From the human T2T-CHM13v2.0 reference genome, Homo sapiens: a stretch of 64,000 bases of DNA. Below, piece by piece: positions 46,950-59,478 of this stretch (the first letter of the stretch is position 1; every line of letters begins with the position of its first letter). The notes under the pieces were generated by a model. It had not been told where the DNA came from. It saw only the letters and a list, made by a program, of their open reading frames with translations, and searched no databases. Location of the stretch: the NCBI RefSeq assembly GCF_009914755.1, contig NC_060933.1; one strand, given 5' to 3'. The position numbers were made by a program, and so were the translations under genes.

Positions 46950-47620
46950 TTTAACTTTTTACTTTCAAACAATTTTAGATTTACAAAGAATTGCAAAGAT
47001 ACTATAAAATTTTGCTTATGCCCTTAACCCAGCTTCTTCTCATGTTAACAACATACATGACCATGTTGTAATGAATCAAAACAAAGAAATGAACATTGGG
47101 GCCATATTACTAACTTTCAGATTTTACTAAGATTTCCTCAGATTTTTAAAAACTGATGTTTTATCTTATTTCAAGAATCAGTCCAAATTGATTCTTGATT
47201 TGGATTGATTTTTGTCAATCCAAATTGTTGGATTGTTGTCATACCTTCAGTCTCCTCCAATCTGTAACGCATGCTCAGTCTTTCTTTGGCTTTCATGACA
47301 TTGAAACTTTTGAAGAATATTGGTCACTTATTTCATAGACTGTTCACCAATTTGGATTTGTCTAATGTTTACTCAGGATTATGCTGAGGTTGTATGTTTA
47401 AAGGGTTGAAACCACAGAGTTTATCTGATCGTCTCATCACACAATATCCAAGGTACATGATATTGATATCTTTTATTACATATCTTTTATTACTGCTGAT
47501 GTTAACTTAATCACTTGGTTAAGATGGTGTTTGCCAGACTTCTGTCCTATAAAGTTACTATTTTTGCCCTCTACACACTACATGGTAGAAGCATATCACT
47601 AAATAGCAGCCTACACTCAA
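46950..47620 (-). mobile_element. Old L1M 3' fragment
   Basis: aacaattttagatttacaaagaattgcaaagata... and ttaacttaatcacttggttaagatggtgtttgccag. Confidence 0.65.
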
Positions 47621-48559
47621 GTCTCTAATCTAGTTTCCCTCATTCATTTTTATGTTATCTTACATTCTTGGTGATATCATGTAATTAGCCATTTTAGGAT
47701 TCACAAATGTTTATGATTTCCTGAAGCCAGTGCTCTCTATCTTAGAACAACTCTAAATTTAATCAGGAAATAATGCAAGCAATAATATTAAAATGTATAA
47801 AGGGATTCTTGAACTTAGGTAGCTCAATCAGAAGAATTAAATGAGTTTTAAAATATCAGAAGTAATATAAGTGTAGCAGTTTGTAAGTTTAGCAACCATA
47901 TTAATACAGAAAAAAAAAACAGAAAAAGTTGTATTATCAGAATTAACGAGATTTACGGTAGAGCTGCATCTATTGTTAATAACAAAGAAAATAAAATTGC
48001 AATAGAATGTTGTGCAATAATTGCTTGTCACTCTAACAAAAATTAATTTGGATTCTCATAGCATATTAAAAAAACTCTAATATATTACATAATTAAATGT
48101 AAAAACATATTTACAAGAACAGAAACTGAATATGTGTAAATCAAAAGACTTAAGGAGGCATGTGGCTCTATGTTCTAGACAGTGCTTGGAAAAATATACA
48201 AGGAACTGTTTAGTGTTTGGTACACACATGAAATAAAGAATAAGTATCCATCAAAAGATTATGGCTACAATGTGCAGGAAATGTTTTGACAATGATTAGG
48301 AATTCTAAAATTATAAATCAATAATGTAAATAAACAACATTGAAACTAGAGTAAATGAAATAACAGGTAAAGTAAAATCAAAATTGTAAAACTTAATTGA
48401 AAAAAGAATTTAAATTAGCAAGTAAATGGGTTACTATTGAAATTTACTACCAGGTAGTATTAATTAGAATAATGATAAATTACCTCTCAGCCAAATAAAT
48501 AAGCAACATTTTAAATAAAAAATACAATTAATAGGTTAAATAAATGAAATATTAAAGAT

Positions 48560-48788
48560 GTTCAGTACAGCATGGAATAATAATGCATTGTATACTTGAA
48601 ATTTGCTAAGGGAGTAGATATTATATGTTCTCACCATGCACAATAAAATATTATAACTATGTTAGGTGAAGGATGTGTTAACTTGATTGTCAGAATCATT
48701 ACAACAAGGCATAATTAAAGCAAAACACTATGTTGTACACCTTAAATCCATAAATTTTAATTTCTCAACTATATATCAACAAAAAATG
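48560..48788 (+). mobile_element. L1MA-type 3' end in the pseudogene 3' flank
   Basis: ttgtatacttgaaatttgctaagggagtagat...gtacaccttaaat. It is absent at the paralogous IFNW1 position (about 11065). Confidence 0.8.
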
Positions 48789-49431
48789 TTTAAAGATTTT
48801 GTTCGAATTCATCTATTCTTTGAAAATGATTTTCAGAAAACACTAACAAAATATGCATGAAGATCTTAACCCACATTCTTCTACAAGTATCATCTTATTT
48901 CCCTACTCCACAAACAAGTTTCCCACCATAATTTTTTATGCATAGAACACCCAAATACCCTTATTGTATTTCTTCTTCAACCCACTCCCATCAAGTTTCT
49001 GTCCCATTCATTTTACTAAACCTAGATCCACCTAAGGTCACTGATGGCATCTGTTTTTGAGTCCGTTAGGACAGGTCAGCCTTCATCTTCCCTGAAAACA
49101 CCACTGTCTACCCCTCGCTTGTCTCTCCCTCATTCTTTGCTATTTCTCCTTCCAGCTGCACTGACCACTCCTCCTAAGTGCTCTTTGACCTTCACAGACT
49201 CTCCTTCTCTGCCCTACCAATGACTGTTGAGGATCTGCAGGACTAAGTTTAGATCCTGTCTCATCGTTCCCTCAATTTATAACTATGTTAGGTGACAGAT
49301 TCCCTAATATCCATTCTCATGTCCTCAATACCAGACATGCAGTAAAGAATCCCAAATTAATACCTTTGCCCATGGCATTTGTTGTTCATTCTAGACCCAT
49401 ATTCCCAGCTGCCAATAAGATTCTGGAAATA

Positions 49432-49696
49432 CTGTTTCCCTTGGTATCTGTGGGATTTTTGTTCTAAGACTCCACACCTGTCCTCCAGATACCCAAATCT
49501 GTGAAAACTCAAGTCCTGCAGTCCCCTTCATATATGCGAGTTTCACATCCCACAAATGCTGTATTTTCTATCCAGTTTAGTTTTACATGCAGAAAATACA
49601 GATATGGAAGGTGAACTGTATTGGAAAAAAAAAAACCTGTATAAGTGGACCCATGCAGTTCAGAAGTTCAATCCCATGCTGTTCAAGGGCTACCTG
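49432..49696. mobile_element. MER8 / Tigger2-derived DNA transposon MITE
   Basis: Ends ctgtttcccttggtatctgtggg...tgttcaagggctacctg, flanked by TA on both sides. The empty site is at IFNW1 about 12005. Confidence 0.8.
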
Positions 49697-50438
49697 TACA
49701 TATACCCCAAGTACCTTAAGAAGGACATCTAACATTGTTTTCCCTGCCTGGCATCATTTGTATCTAAAACTTCTGGTGTGAGAACATTGTTTTCCTTTAC
49801 TTCTTTTTCAAGCTTTTAAGAGAATTGCAATAAAGTAAGCATTAGTCCTGTTTTTACATCTCTTTCTCTGTAAGATGGAGAGTGCTTTATTCAATTTATT
49901 TCTTGAAGGGAACTCTACAATCTGCCACTTACTTAGCTTATACATATAATGTGAATGGAATAAATGAGTAAATATATTTTATTGTCCTTCCTTCAATTAT
50001 GTTAAAAATGTGGGTGTGGATTTTGTTTTTAGAAAAAAGATTTCCAGGCATTTTCCTTAATGAATAAAACAAACGAGAATTTAATGAATAAAACAAATGC
50101 AAATTTAATGACATGGAAAGACGAATATATTTGTAAATTTTAACACAATGTAAAGATGAATATGTTATTATATGTAAAATATCTAAATATTATAAATGAA
50201 ACAGCTGCAAAAAGAATGGAAATAAGTAAGTATATAAAACATATCAGGGCAGTCATGTCTTAGGAACTGAAGACCAGAGCCAAAGGTTTTTAACATATAC
50301 TTGCTTACTATTGTTAACAAGGTATTTGCTGAATTTAATTCAATAAATTCTGTGACAACTGCAGAAAAAAGAACCTATTGAAATGACCAAAGACACATGT
50401 GCAAGTGTGATATGGCAGATTAATCAATGAGAATAATT

Positions 50439-51038
50439 TCAGGATGAACCCAGGTCTTCATCCTTACTTCTCAGTCCTTCTTGCAAGTTTGTTGATGATG
50501 AAGAGAAGGATTTCACGATTCCACTCTGACAACCTCCCAAGCACAGTCACTGTATTTCTTCTCCTCCAGGTAGATTCCCTGGATTCCCATGCATTCCCTG
50601 AAAGTACGTCCTCAAGGCCAGTGTAGGGCCCCAATCACCCCACAGATTCTTCCTCTCTTTTTGTCTGCCCTAAGCAAGACTCCAGGCATTCCAGCTGCAG
50701 ATGAAGTCCAGTGTGGAGTTGGTCCAGGAGGGTCATGTTCCAGGCAGCAGAGGAGCACTCTGTGGGGAAGAGGCTGAAGATCTGCTGAAGCATCTCATGG
50801 AGGACAGACAGGGCCGGGGCCTTCTGCAACTGACTGCCATCCACATCTCCAGGGGGAACCTGAAGTCTCTTCTGTCCTTGAGACACAAGAAAGTGGAGAT
50901 TCTGCACATTTGGCCCAGAAGTGCCAAGGTGTTCCTGCTAAGTAGGCCATGGTTCTGAGGCAGGTCCCAGCTCAGAGATCCAACAGGGCCACAGTGGCAA
51001 AGCGGCAGGGCCACGAGTAGAGGAGGCAGGAGGACCAT
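50439..51038 (-). pseudogene. IFNWP15: Interferon omega pseudogene (IFNWP15 by gene order)
   Basis: Full-length omega homology with a 1-bp deletion near 50844, a second frameshift/stop near 50635, and Cys1 changed to Trp. The name is inferred from its position between IFNA21 and IFNA4. Confidence 0.85.
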
Positions 51039-51156
51039 TGGGAAACGAGGGTGCTGCTGGCCTAGCTGAGCTGGGGTCTGGATGAACCTTGGACTTCAGG
51101 TTCTCTGAAGGCATTCCTGCTATGCATGGCTCTTAGTTGGAAAAAAATAGCTTTCA

Positions 51157-54100
51157 GGGTTGGTCAAGATGGCCAACGAGAAGCTGCTAGTGTGTGCCAC
51201 TCTCAAGTAGAGAAATGGAAGGGGCAAGTACATACAGCACCTTCAACTGAAACATCCAGGTACACACATTGGGACTCAAGAAAACAACTTGACCAGTGGA
51301 GAACAGAGTAAAGCAAGGCAGGATGACTGCCTACCCAGGAGTGACACAGAGCCAGGGGAGCCTCCCCAACCAGGGAAGTGGTAAGTGAGCAGCCTTGGGG
51401 ACCCACGCTTCTCCCACAAATCTTTGCAACCCTCAGGTCAGGAGATCTCCTAGTGAACTCACTCTACCAGGGCCTCCAGTCTGACATGCGGGGCTGTGTA
51501 GGGTTTCAGCAGAGCAGCCACTCAGCATACCTGGGGAACCTGGAGCCTTAGATACCCAGGCTTCCCCACAAAAGAAGCTATAACTCCAGCCAAGCAGGAG
51601 GCTAGACCGCTATACATACCCCAATGAAAGGGGTTTCATCCATGGGGCTGAGCAGTGACAAGTGGCAGGCCCACCTTCCATGGTCTGTCTCAGGGTAAGA
51701 CCCACTGGCTTGGGAATCCAGCCAGCCACTGGTAGCACCCTCACACCCCCCTGACATGGAGCTCCCAGCGGCAGGGTGTGGGCTGCCATCTTTACTGTTT
51801 CACAGCCTTAGCTATTGGAGCCTCTGGGTTCTAGGGAGTCCAAGGCAGCTAGGGACTGGAGCAGCCACCCTGCACAGCCCAGCAGCTCTACAGAGAAGCA
51901 GTCAGACTGCTTATTCACGTCAATCCCAAATCCTGTTTCTTTTCACCAGGTGAAATCTCTCCACTGGGGTCTCCAGTCACCTCCACCACTGTTTTCTGGC
52001 AGACAGCAGTTTCAAATGTCCCTGGGATGGCGCTCCCAAAGGGAAGGGTGGGTTGCCATTGATGCTGTTTAGCAGCCTTAGCCATTCTTGCAAATGCCAT
52101 TCTTTTGTGCTGGGGGTGGTAGCAGACCCCCAGCACAGCACAGCTGCTCTACCAAAAAGTGGCCAGACTGTTTCTTCACCTGATTCCCTGATGCTGCTTC
52201 TCCTCAGTGGGCGGCATATCCCCACCGGGGTCTCCAGCCACCTCGCGCAGGTATGTTCCAGCAGGCAACAGGTTGTACCTCTCTGGAACAGAGCTCCCAG
52301 AGGGAGGGGCAGGCCCCCATCTTCACTGTTTCGTAGCCTTCACTGTTGATACCTTGAGGAACTGAAAAATGCGAGGTGACTATGGTCTGGATTGGACCCC
52401 TAGCGTATTGCAGCAGCCCTGTGGAAAAGTGGTCAGACTGTGTGTTATGTTGGTCCGTGATCCCCTATCTGCTCACTGGGTGGGTCTGCCAGGCCTGGAA
52501 CTGCAGCCACCAGCAGGGACTATCGAGCCAATAGCAGCTCTGCAACTCCCTAGAACAGAGTTCCCAGTGAGAAGGGTGGGTTTCCATCTTTGCTATCTCA
52601 CAGCTCTTGCCCTTGCTGTCTCCAGACTCTGGAGAGTTTGCAGGGAACAGTGGCTGGTCCAGATCCCTAGCACAGAGCAACTAACTCACAGAAGAGTGGA
52701 CAGACTGTTCTCCATGCTGTTCCTGGTTGTCACCTCGCCACAATGTGCAGGGCCACCTGACCAGAGTCTCCAGCACAGGCACCCTTCCCCTGCCTCATCT
52801 CCTCAATCAGGCAGTCCAGCATTTCTCCAAGGAAGAAATCCCACAGTCAACCCACAACCCATCCACCACTACTGTTGCAGTGGGACAGCCCCAGCAGCCC
52901 TCTGGCTGGGGAAGGAACAAAGGGCCTAGTCACTACACTCTCACCTCCAGCACATCATAGCCACTGTATGAAGAGGAGTCCAGCCCCTCTTCCCTGAGAA
53001 TCCCCATCCCTATTCTTCAGGAGGCAGGGCCCCCAGCCCATGACTGCAAAACAGTCACCCTACACATGGCTGAGCACATCCACTGGTAGTTGCCTGGAGT
53101 TTCCCTGGGGAGAGGCTCCCAGAGCCATCCTACCTCTGCCACTGCCACAGCAGCAGTTTTATCCATGCTGCCTTGGGTCTGGGGAAGAAACAAAGAGTCT
53201 GAAGCTCTTTGTTTACAAGCTTACAGCACGCCACAGTCACCTGAACTTAAAACACGCTGCAGTTACCATATGGTGAGGAGAATAGTCTCTACTCCTGGTA
53301 AGATTGTCGCCTTCTGTTTCCCAAAATGTGAAGCCCCAAGCTTACACCAGCAGTGCAGCCACCCCACCCCTCTGGCTAAACACTCCCATTAACATGGCTT
53401 CACATTTCTAGAAGGTGGAGACCCCAGGGGCAACAGAAAGCCTGTCTACCACTGCCTCTGCAGTGGTACTACCCCAGCTACCTTGGAACTTATGAAGGAG
53501 CAGAGACCCCAAGTGCCTTATCCATACCTCCAACAAGCTGCAGTCAACCCAAGAGAAGAGGCCAGTCTGTCTCCCATTGGTCAACCACCCACCCGTCACA
53601 TCACCAGGCAGGGAACCCCTGTCTTGGGCCCACAGCACAGACACCCCCATTCCAGGCTGAAAGCACTGAATGATTGCTCACCTGCATCTCTGGGGTGGAG
53701 CCCCCAGGAGACAAGCAAAAGACCCTCAGTTAAAACTACTACTAAGGTCTCTTCCTTCCATGCCTCCAAGGTGAGGAGAAAACATTAACCCTGAGATCAC
53801 CCCAGAACTGTTGTGTGCAGCCTGGTAGTGCCAAGACAAAAGCTACAGTCAGCAGTCAAGTGGGAGAGGAGCCCACACTTTCATAGCATTGAGACGGAGC
53901 AGGCTGCAACCATGAGGAAATGTATGGGAGCCACATGACTGAGCAAGAGCCTGACAACTGACCACTGCACCTAAGAGTCACCTACTAGGTCATGCCCAAA
54001 GCTTCAACACTAAAAAAATCTCACTAACATACCCTCATTAAACCAAAGACAAGTCAGCTACAAATAAAGACCCTACACAAAGCTGCAGCCCTGTGAACAC

Positions 54101-54745
54101 AGCCAGAACCAAAGTCAATTTATTGATTGGACTCAAGCTACACTCCCATATGCAGAGATGAGAAAGAACCAATGGAAGAACTATGGTAACTGAAATGGAC
54201 AGAGCATCTTATGTCCTCCAAATAATCACACTAGTTCTCCAGCAAGGGTTCTTAACCAAAATGAGTTAGCTAAAATGACAGAAATATAATTCAGAATATG
54301 GACAGAAAGGAATTTCACTGAGATTCAGGAAAACAGTAAAACCTAAACCAAGGAAACTAAGAATCACAATCAAAGGAGAGAGGAGCTGACAGACAAAATA
54401 ACCAGTATGAAAAAGAACCTAACAGAACTAGTAGATGTACACACTACAAGAATTTCACAATGCAATCACAAGTATTAACAGCAGAATAGACCAAGCTGAG
54501 GACAGAATCTCAGGTCTTGAAGACTGGCTCTCTGAAATAAGACAGTCAGACAAAAATAAAGAAAAAAGAATGAAGAGCAATGAACAAAACATCCAAGAAA
54601 TAGGGGATGGTATAAACAGGCCAAATCTAGGAATCACTTGCATCCTTTAAAGAGACAGGGAGAAAACAAACAACTTGGAAAATGTATTTCAGGATATCAT
54701 CTATGAAAACTACCACAACCTTGATAGAGAGACCAAAAGTCAAAG
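51157..54745 (+). mobile_element. Older primate L1 (about L1PA10-16 class): long GC-rich 5'UTR and start of ORF1, 3'-truncated
   Basis: The 5' end has CAAGATGGCC (YY1 motif), followed by about 3 kb of internally repetitive UTR. ORF1 starts atgagaaagaacc near 54159, and ORF 54435-54650 is the ORF1 coiled coil. Confidence 0.88.
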
Positions 54746-56009
54746 TCCCTTGAAGTTCTACACCCAGATTGACCAGCTGTTCTGATTCCTAGTCTAGCAC
54801 AATCCATAGAGGAAGGGATAAGTTAGGAGGTCCCGGGGAGGCTGGGCAGGCTGGAGGAAAGGGACATATCCTGAACCTTTCTCTTTCCCCATAGCTGTCC
54901 ATTGCCCCAAGACATGTCATGCCTGAAGCTGGGAGTATTTTCTCTGTCTAAGATACAAAAGTTAAGGAAATGGGCTAATTCCAGTACTGTGATAGTTCTT
55001 TCTTGGGAAGAGCCTCTTTTTAGCTATGAAGATAAATCTCCTGCCAGCAGGCCTACTTCTGCATTCACAACCTGCTCTCCACAGACTTGGCTGCTGTCTT
55101 GGTGCACTTTGACCAGTTGGGGGCTCTCTTTCCCTGTAAATGTTGTAATAGTCTCAAAGTCAAATGGAGTCTGCCTTTTATTTCCTTTTTTGCTAAGCTA
55201 CTGTTATGTCATTGTAACAGTGACATTCCGTCTTTTACAGAAATATTCATCATAAGAAAGGAAAAAGTATTTTATAAAAGAGCTTCTGAAAAACGTAGAA
55301 CTTTCACTGGCCTTCTGCTTTAATTTGTGATTTTGTGCTCTTAAGGGGAAAGTGATGGGTAAAACCCACAAGAGAACTGAAAACAGCTGTATGAAGAGGC
55401 AGTGCAGGCTAATGATGAGTGAAGAAGAGAGCACAGTGTGCATTTCTAGAGGAAGAGGAAGGAAACTAATGTGATATGGGAGTGAAAAACGGGACACAGA
55501 AAAGCAGGGAGGAAAGGGGAAAGTGTGTCAGCTCTCAGAACCAGCAAAGATGTATATTTTACTTAAGTTTAGTAGACTAACTTCATATGGGAGTGTACTC
55601 TGGGATTCTGAGAGCCAGGAAACAAATGTTCCAGGTGCCAGAATCAGTTAACCATCGACACGTGTATTCTGCACTTCAATCTAGATGCTGCTCCTCTGAC
55701 AGGTATTTATACAAGCCACCATTCCTGACTGAATATAAATAGGACTTTGAAATGAGGTGAGACAATTTTTCAGCCTCTCTAGAATTCATGACAGAATTCT
55801 GTTGTTTTAGGCTGCCTAAAAAAATATATGCAAGCAGAATGGAATTTCAATGTAAAATAATTTATTGTTATTTATACCTGGTGTGTAAATTTTGTATTGA
55901 GATTTCCTTAATAATTATTAATCTCCTTTTTTCCTCAATTATACACAACTATCTCCTGCTATCTGAATTTCCTTGGTTCATGTTGTATTTTCAGCTGATT
56001 TTGACCAAC

Positions 56010-56101
56010 TTTCTCTCTCTCTCCTTCCTTTCTTTGTCTTTCTTTTCTTTCCTTCCTTCCTTCCTTTTTCTTTCTCTCCTTTCTTTCTTTCTCTCTTTCT
56101 T

Positions 56102-56163
<62 letters not shown>

Positions 56164-56295
56164 TTCCTTCCTTCCTTCCTTCCTTCCTTCCTTCCCTTCC
56201 TTCCTTCCTTCCTTCCTTCCTTCCTTCCTTCCTTCCTTCCTTCTTTCTTTCTCTTTCTTTCTTTCTCTTTCTCTCTCTTACTTTCTTTTTTTTTG
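56010..56295. repeat. (CTTT)n/(CCTT)n polypyrimidine tract at an L1 tail
   Basis: About 285 bp of almost pure pyrimidine on the plus strand. Confidence 0.97.
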
Positions 56296-57300
56296 ATTTT
56301 GCTTTAAGTTCCGGAATACATGTGCAGACGGTGAAGATTTGTTACCTAGGTATATGTGTGCCATAGTGGTTTGCTGCACCTATCAACTCGTCACCTAGGT
56401 TTTAAGCACAAATTTTTTTTTAATCCAGTCTGTCACTGATGGGCATTTGGGTTGGTTTCCTGTCTTTGCTATTGTAAATAGTGTTGTAATAAACATACAC
56501 CTGCATGTATTTTTATAATAGAATGATTTATATTCCTTTGGGTATATACTCAGGAATGGGATTGCTGGGTCAAATGGTATTTCTGGTTCTAGATCCTTGA
56601 TGAATCGCCACACTGTCTTCCACAATGGTTGAACTAATTTACATTCCCACCAACAGTGTAAAAGCTTTCCTGTTTTTCCACAGCTTCACCAGCATCTGTT
56701 GTTTCCTGACTTTTTAGTAATCACCCTTCTGAGTGGCATGAGATGGTATCTCATTGCGGTTTTGATTTGCATTTCTCTAATGATCAGTGATGTTGAGCTT
56801 TTTTCATGTTTATTGGCCGCATAAACGTCTGCTTTTGAGAAGTGTCTGTTCATGTCCTTTGCCCACTTTTCGATGGGGCTTTTTTTTTGTGTGAATTTGT
56901 TTAAGTTCTTTGTACATTCTGGATATTAGACCTCTGTCAATTGGGTAGACGGCAAAAATTTTCTCCCATTCTGTAAGTTGCCTGTTCACCCTGATGATTG
57001 ATAGTTTCTTTTGCTGTGCAGAAGCTCTTTAATTAGATGCCATTTGTCAATTTTAGCTTTGGTTGCAGTTGCTTTTGGCAATTTCATCATAAAATCTTTG
57101 CCCATGCCAATGTCCTGAATGCTATTGCCTACATTTTCCTCTAGGGTTTTTATGGTTTTGGGATTTACATTTAAGTGTTTAATCAGTCTTGAGTTAATTT
57201 TTGTATAAGGTGTAAGGAAGGGGTCCAGTGTCAGTTTCCTGCATATGGTTTTCCAGTTTTCCCAGCACCATTTATTAAATAAGGAATCCCTTCCCCATTC
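56296..57300 (-). mobile_element. L1PA7/8-like 3' fragment with an internal deletion near 56410
   Basis: ORF 56395-56625 is the ORF2 C-terminus (WKTVWRFIKDLEPEIPFDPAIP). The 3'UTR end is at 56296-56408. Confidence 0.9.
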
Positions 57301-58815
57301 CTAAAGTATTGAGAAAGAGATTCTCTTTTCCAGTTTCTGATTTTATTTTATGAAACAAATGTGTCAGTTTTTACTGACATTTAACGGAATATTAATCAAA
57401 ATAATGATCAATTACTATTGTAAATTTTATATTTTATGTGTTTAATATATAAAATATTAAATGTATTAATATGATTTACCAGTGCATCACATTTATGAAA
57501 TTTATTCATTGACATGTATTTTCAAAAAGGAAACACTATGCAGATAAAAGATAATCCACATTTTTGGGTGTACCAACTTATTACTTCCCTCCATTGCAAA
57601 GGCAGATATCTCACAATTTTCTATATGTGTTATCTTGATTTTTCTTTTTTGATTCACTCTTCTACTTACCGCAGTATGGCTTCTGCTGATTAATTCTATC
57701 AATCCAGCTCTCAGTAAGCTCTGCATTGCCCTCTATTTTCTTGCTATAGTGCTCAGTTTTAATTCACATTTTCCATAAGTCTATTGATTCTTTTTCTAAG
57801 CACATTTATTTTCTAAATCAACTTTTATCACCATTCCCTCTCATCCTTCTAAAGTTAAGGTATTCCACCTCTGTTTTCTTTGTGTCTCTTCTGTTCCCAC
57901 ACTTTAATGGTGGAAGGTCCTCAGAATCCAGTTTAAGTCTTTTTTTCCCTCTCCACTTCCTCCCCACATGACAGCCTTCATTTTAGGCCTTTCCATTGCC
58001 AGTTATGAATGTCCAGATATTGTATTCCTTGGAAACTGCAAATTCACATATCTGACTTGCAATGTACATTTTCAATTACATGTTGAAGTCAGTTTACAGA
58101 GAATATCTGTGCTTTTATTTCCAGATATGTCTCAATCTACATTCTGCTAAGAGGAATTCATTGTTTTTTTACTTCCTCACATTATAGCAGTTAGCATCAC
58201 TGATATTAATTCAGCATTATTATTGTTTTTAGATTTCTTTCCTGACAAAAATAAAAGATACAAGAGAAGAGGGACTGTATATTTTATGTTCACATTTATA
58301 TCCTGAAGGCAACATATAACCAGGTACAGAAAAATATGTTTTTTTATAACTTGAATAAAATTATGATAGGTAACTTAATTAAATCATCTATTTTTAAGTC
58401 AGGTTGTAAAGTCAGCCTTGGCATTTTATCTTAAGGAATAAACAAACACAAGAAATTTTGTATAGTAAAAATTTAATGAAAAAGGAAATTAATATATTGG
58501 CTAAATATGAAGAACATATATTGTTACATTCACCACAATGTAAAGGTACTCATGATATCACATAAAAAATAATTTAAATTTTAAAAATAAATAAATATTT
58601 AAATAAATAGATGAACAGAGACATCAGCATTGTCATCTGTAAAGGACTAGTGCCTGCACAGGTATACACCAAGCTTCTTCACACTGCTGAAAACATTTGA
58701 AAATTTTGATTCAACTCGTGGTGGTTATAGAAGTGAGTCTTTGAAATGGAAGAACTCATGAAAGTGTGAGATAATGTATTAGTCAATCAGGATCATTTCC
58801 ATGTTGAACCAGGTT

Positions 58816-59385
58816 TCAATCCTTCCTCCTTAATCTTTTTTGCAAGTTTGTTGAAAACGAGAGGGATCTCATGATTTCTGCTCTGACAACCTCCCAGGCA
58901 CAAGGGCTGTATTTCTTCTCTGTTAGATAAAGAGTGATTCTTTGGAAGTATTTCCTCACAGCCAGGATGGAGTCCTCATTCATCAGGGGAGTCTCTTCCA
59001 CCCCAACCTCCTGTATCACACATGCTTCCAGGTCATTCAGTTGCTGGTAAAGTTCAGTGGAAAATTTTTCTAGGAGGCTCTGTTCCCAAGCAGCAGATGA
59101 GTCCTCTGTGCTGAAGAGATTGAAGGTCTGCTGGATCATCTCATGGAGGACAGAGATGGCTTGAGTCTTCTGGAACTGGTGGCCATCAAACTCCTCCTCG
59201 GGGAATCCGAAATCATGTCTGTCCTTCAGGCAGGAGAAATGAGAGATTCTTCCCATTTGTGCCAGGAGTATCAAGGCCCTCCTATTACCCAGGCTGTGGG
59301 TCTGAGGCAGATCACAGCCCAGAGAACAGATGGATTTGTAGCTGAGCACCAGCACGGCCATCAGTAAAGAAAAGGACAGGGCCAT
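58816..59385 (-). CDS. IFNA4: Interferon alpha-4 precursor (189 aa; Thr74, Glu137)
   Basis: Intact ORF with the IFNA4-diagnostic [25 protein letters not shown] and C-terminus [16 protein letters not shown]. Confidence 0.95.
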   Translation of the reverse strand: MALSFSLLMAVLVLSYKSICSLGCDLPQTHSLGNRRALILLAQMGRISHFSCLKDRHDFGFPEEEFDGHQFQKTQAISVLHEMIQQTFNLFSTEDSSAAWEQSLLEKFSTELYQQLNDLEACVIQEVGVEETPLMNEDSILAVRKYFQRITLYLTEKKYSPCAWEVVRAEIMRSLSFSTNLQKRLRRKD

Positions 59386-59478
59386 TGGGATGTTGCAAAT
59401 ATTGCTAGGCTACTTGAGATGGATAACCTTGAACTTCGGCCTCTAGGTTTTCTGAAGACTTTGCTCTGTGCATAGGTC

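Larger units (their letters stand above)
54748..57345 (+). repeat. Paralogous intergenic block, copy 2 (interrupted by L1PA and a simple repeat)
   Basis: Colinear with 25650-27310. Confidence 0.8.

Noticed and set aside
52369-52929. 186-aa ORF and many neighbouring ORFs in 51.2-53.8 kb
   Set aside because: They lie in a GC-rich L1 5'UTR where stop codons are rare, with no protein family signal.
55788-56366. 192-aa F/L/S/P-rich ORF and the overlapping 107-aa ORF
   Set aside because: These are translations of the stop-free (CTTT)/(CCTT) microsatellite.
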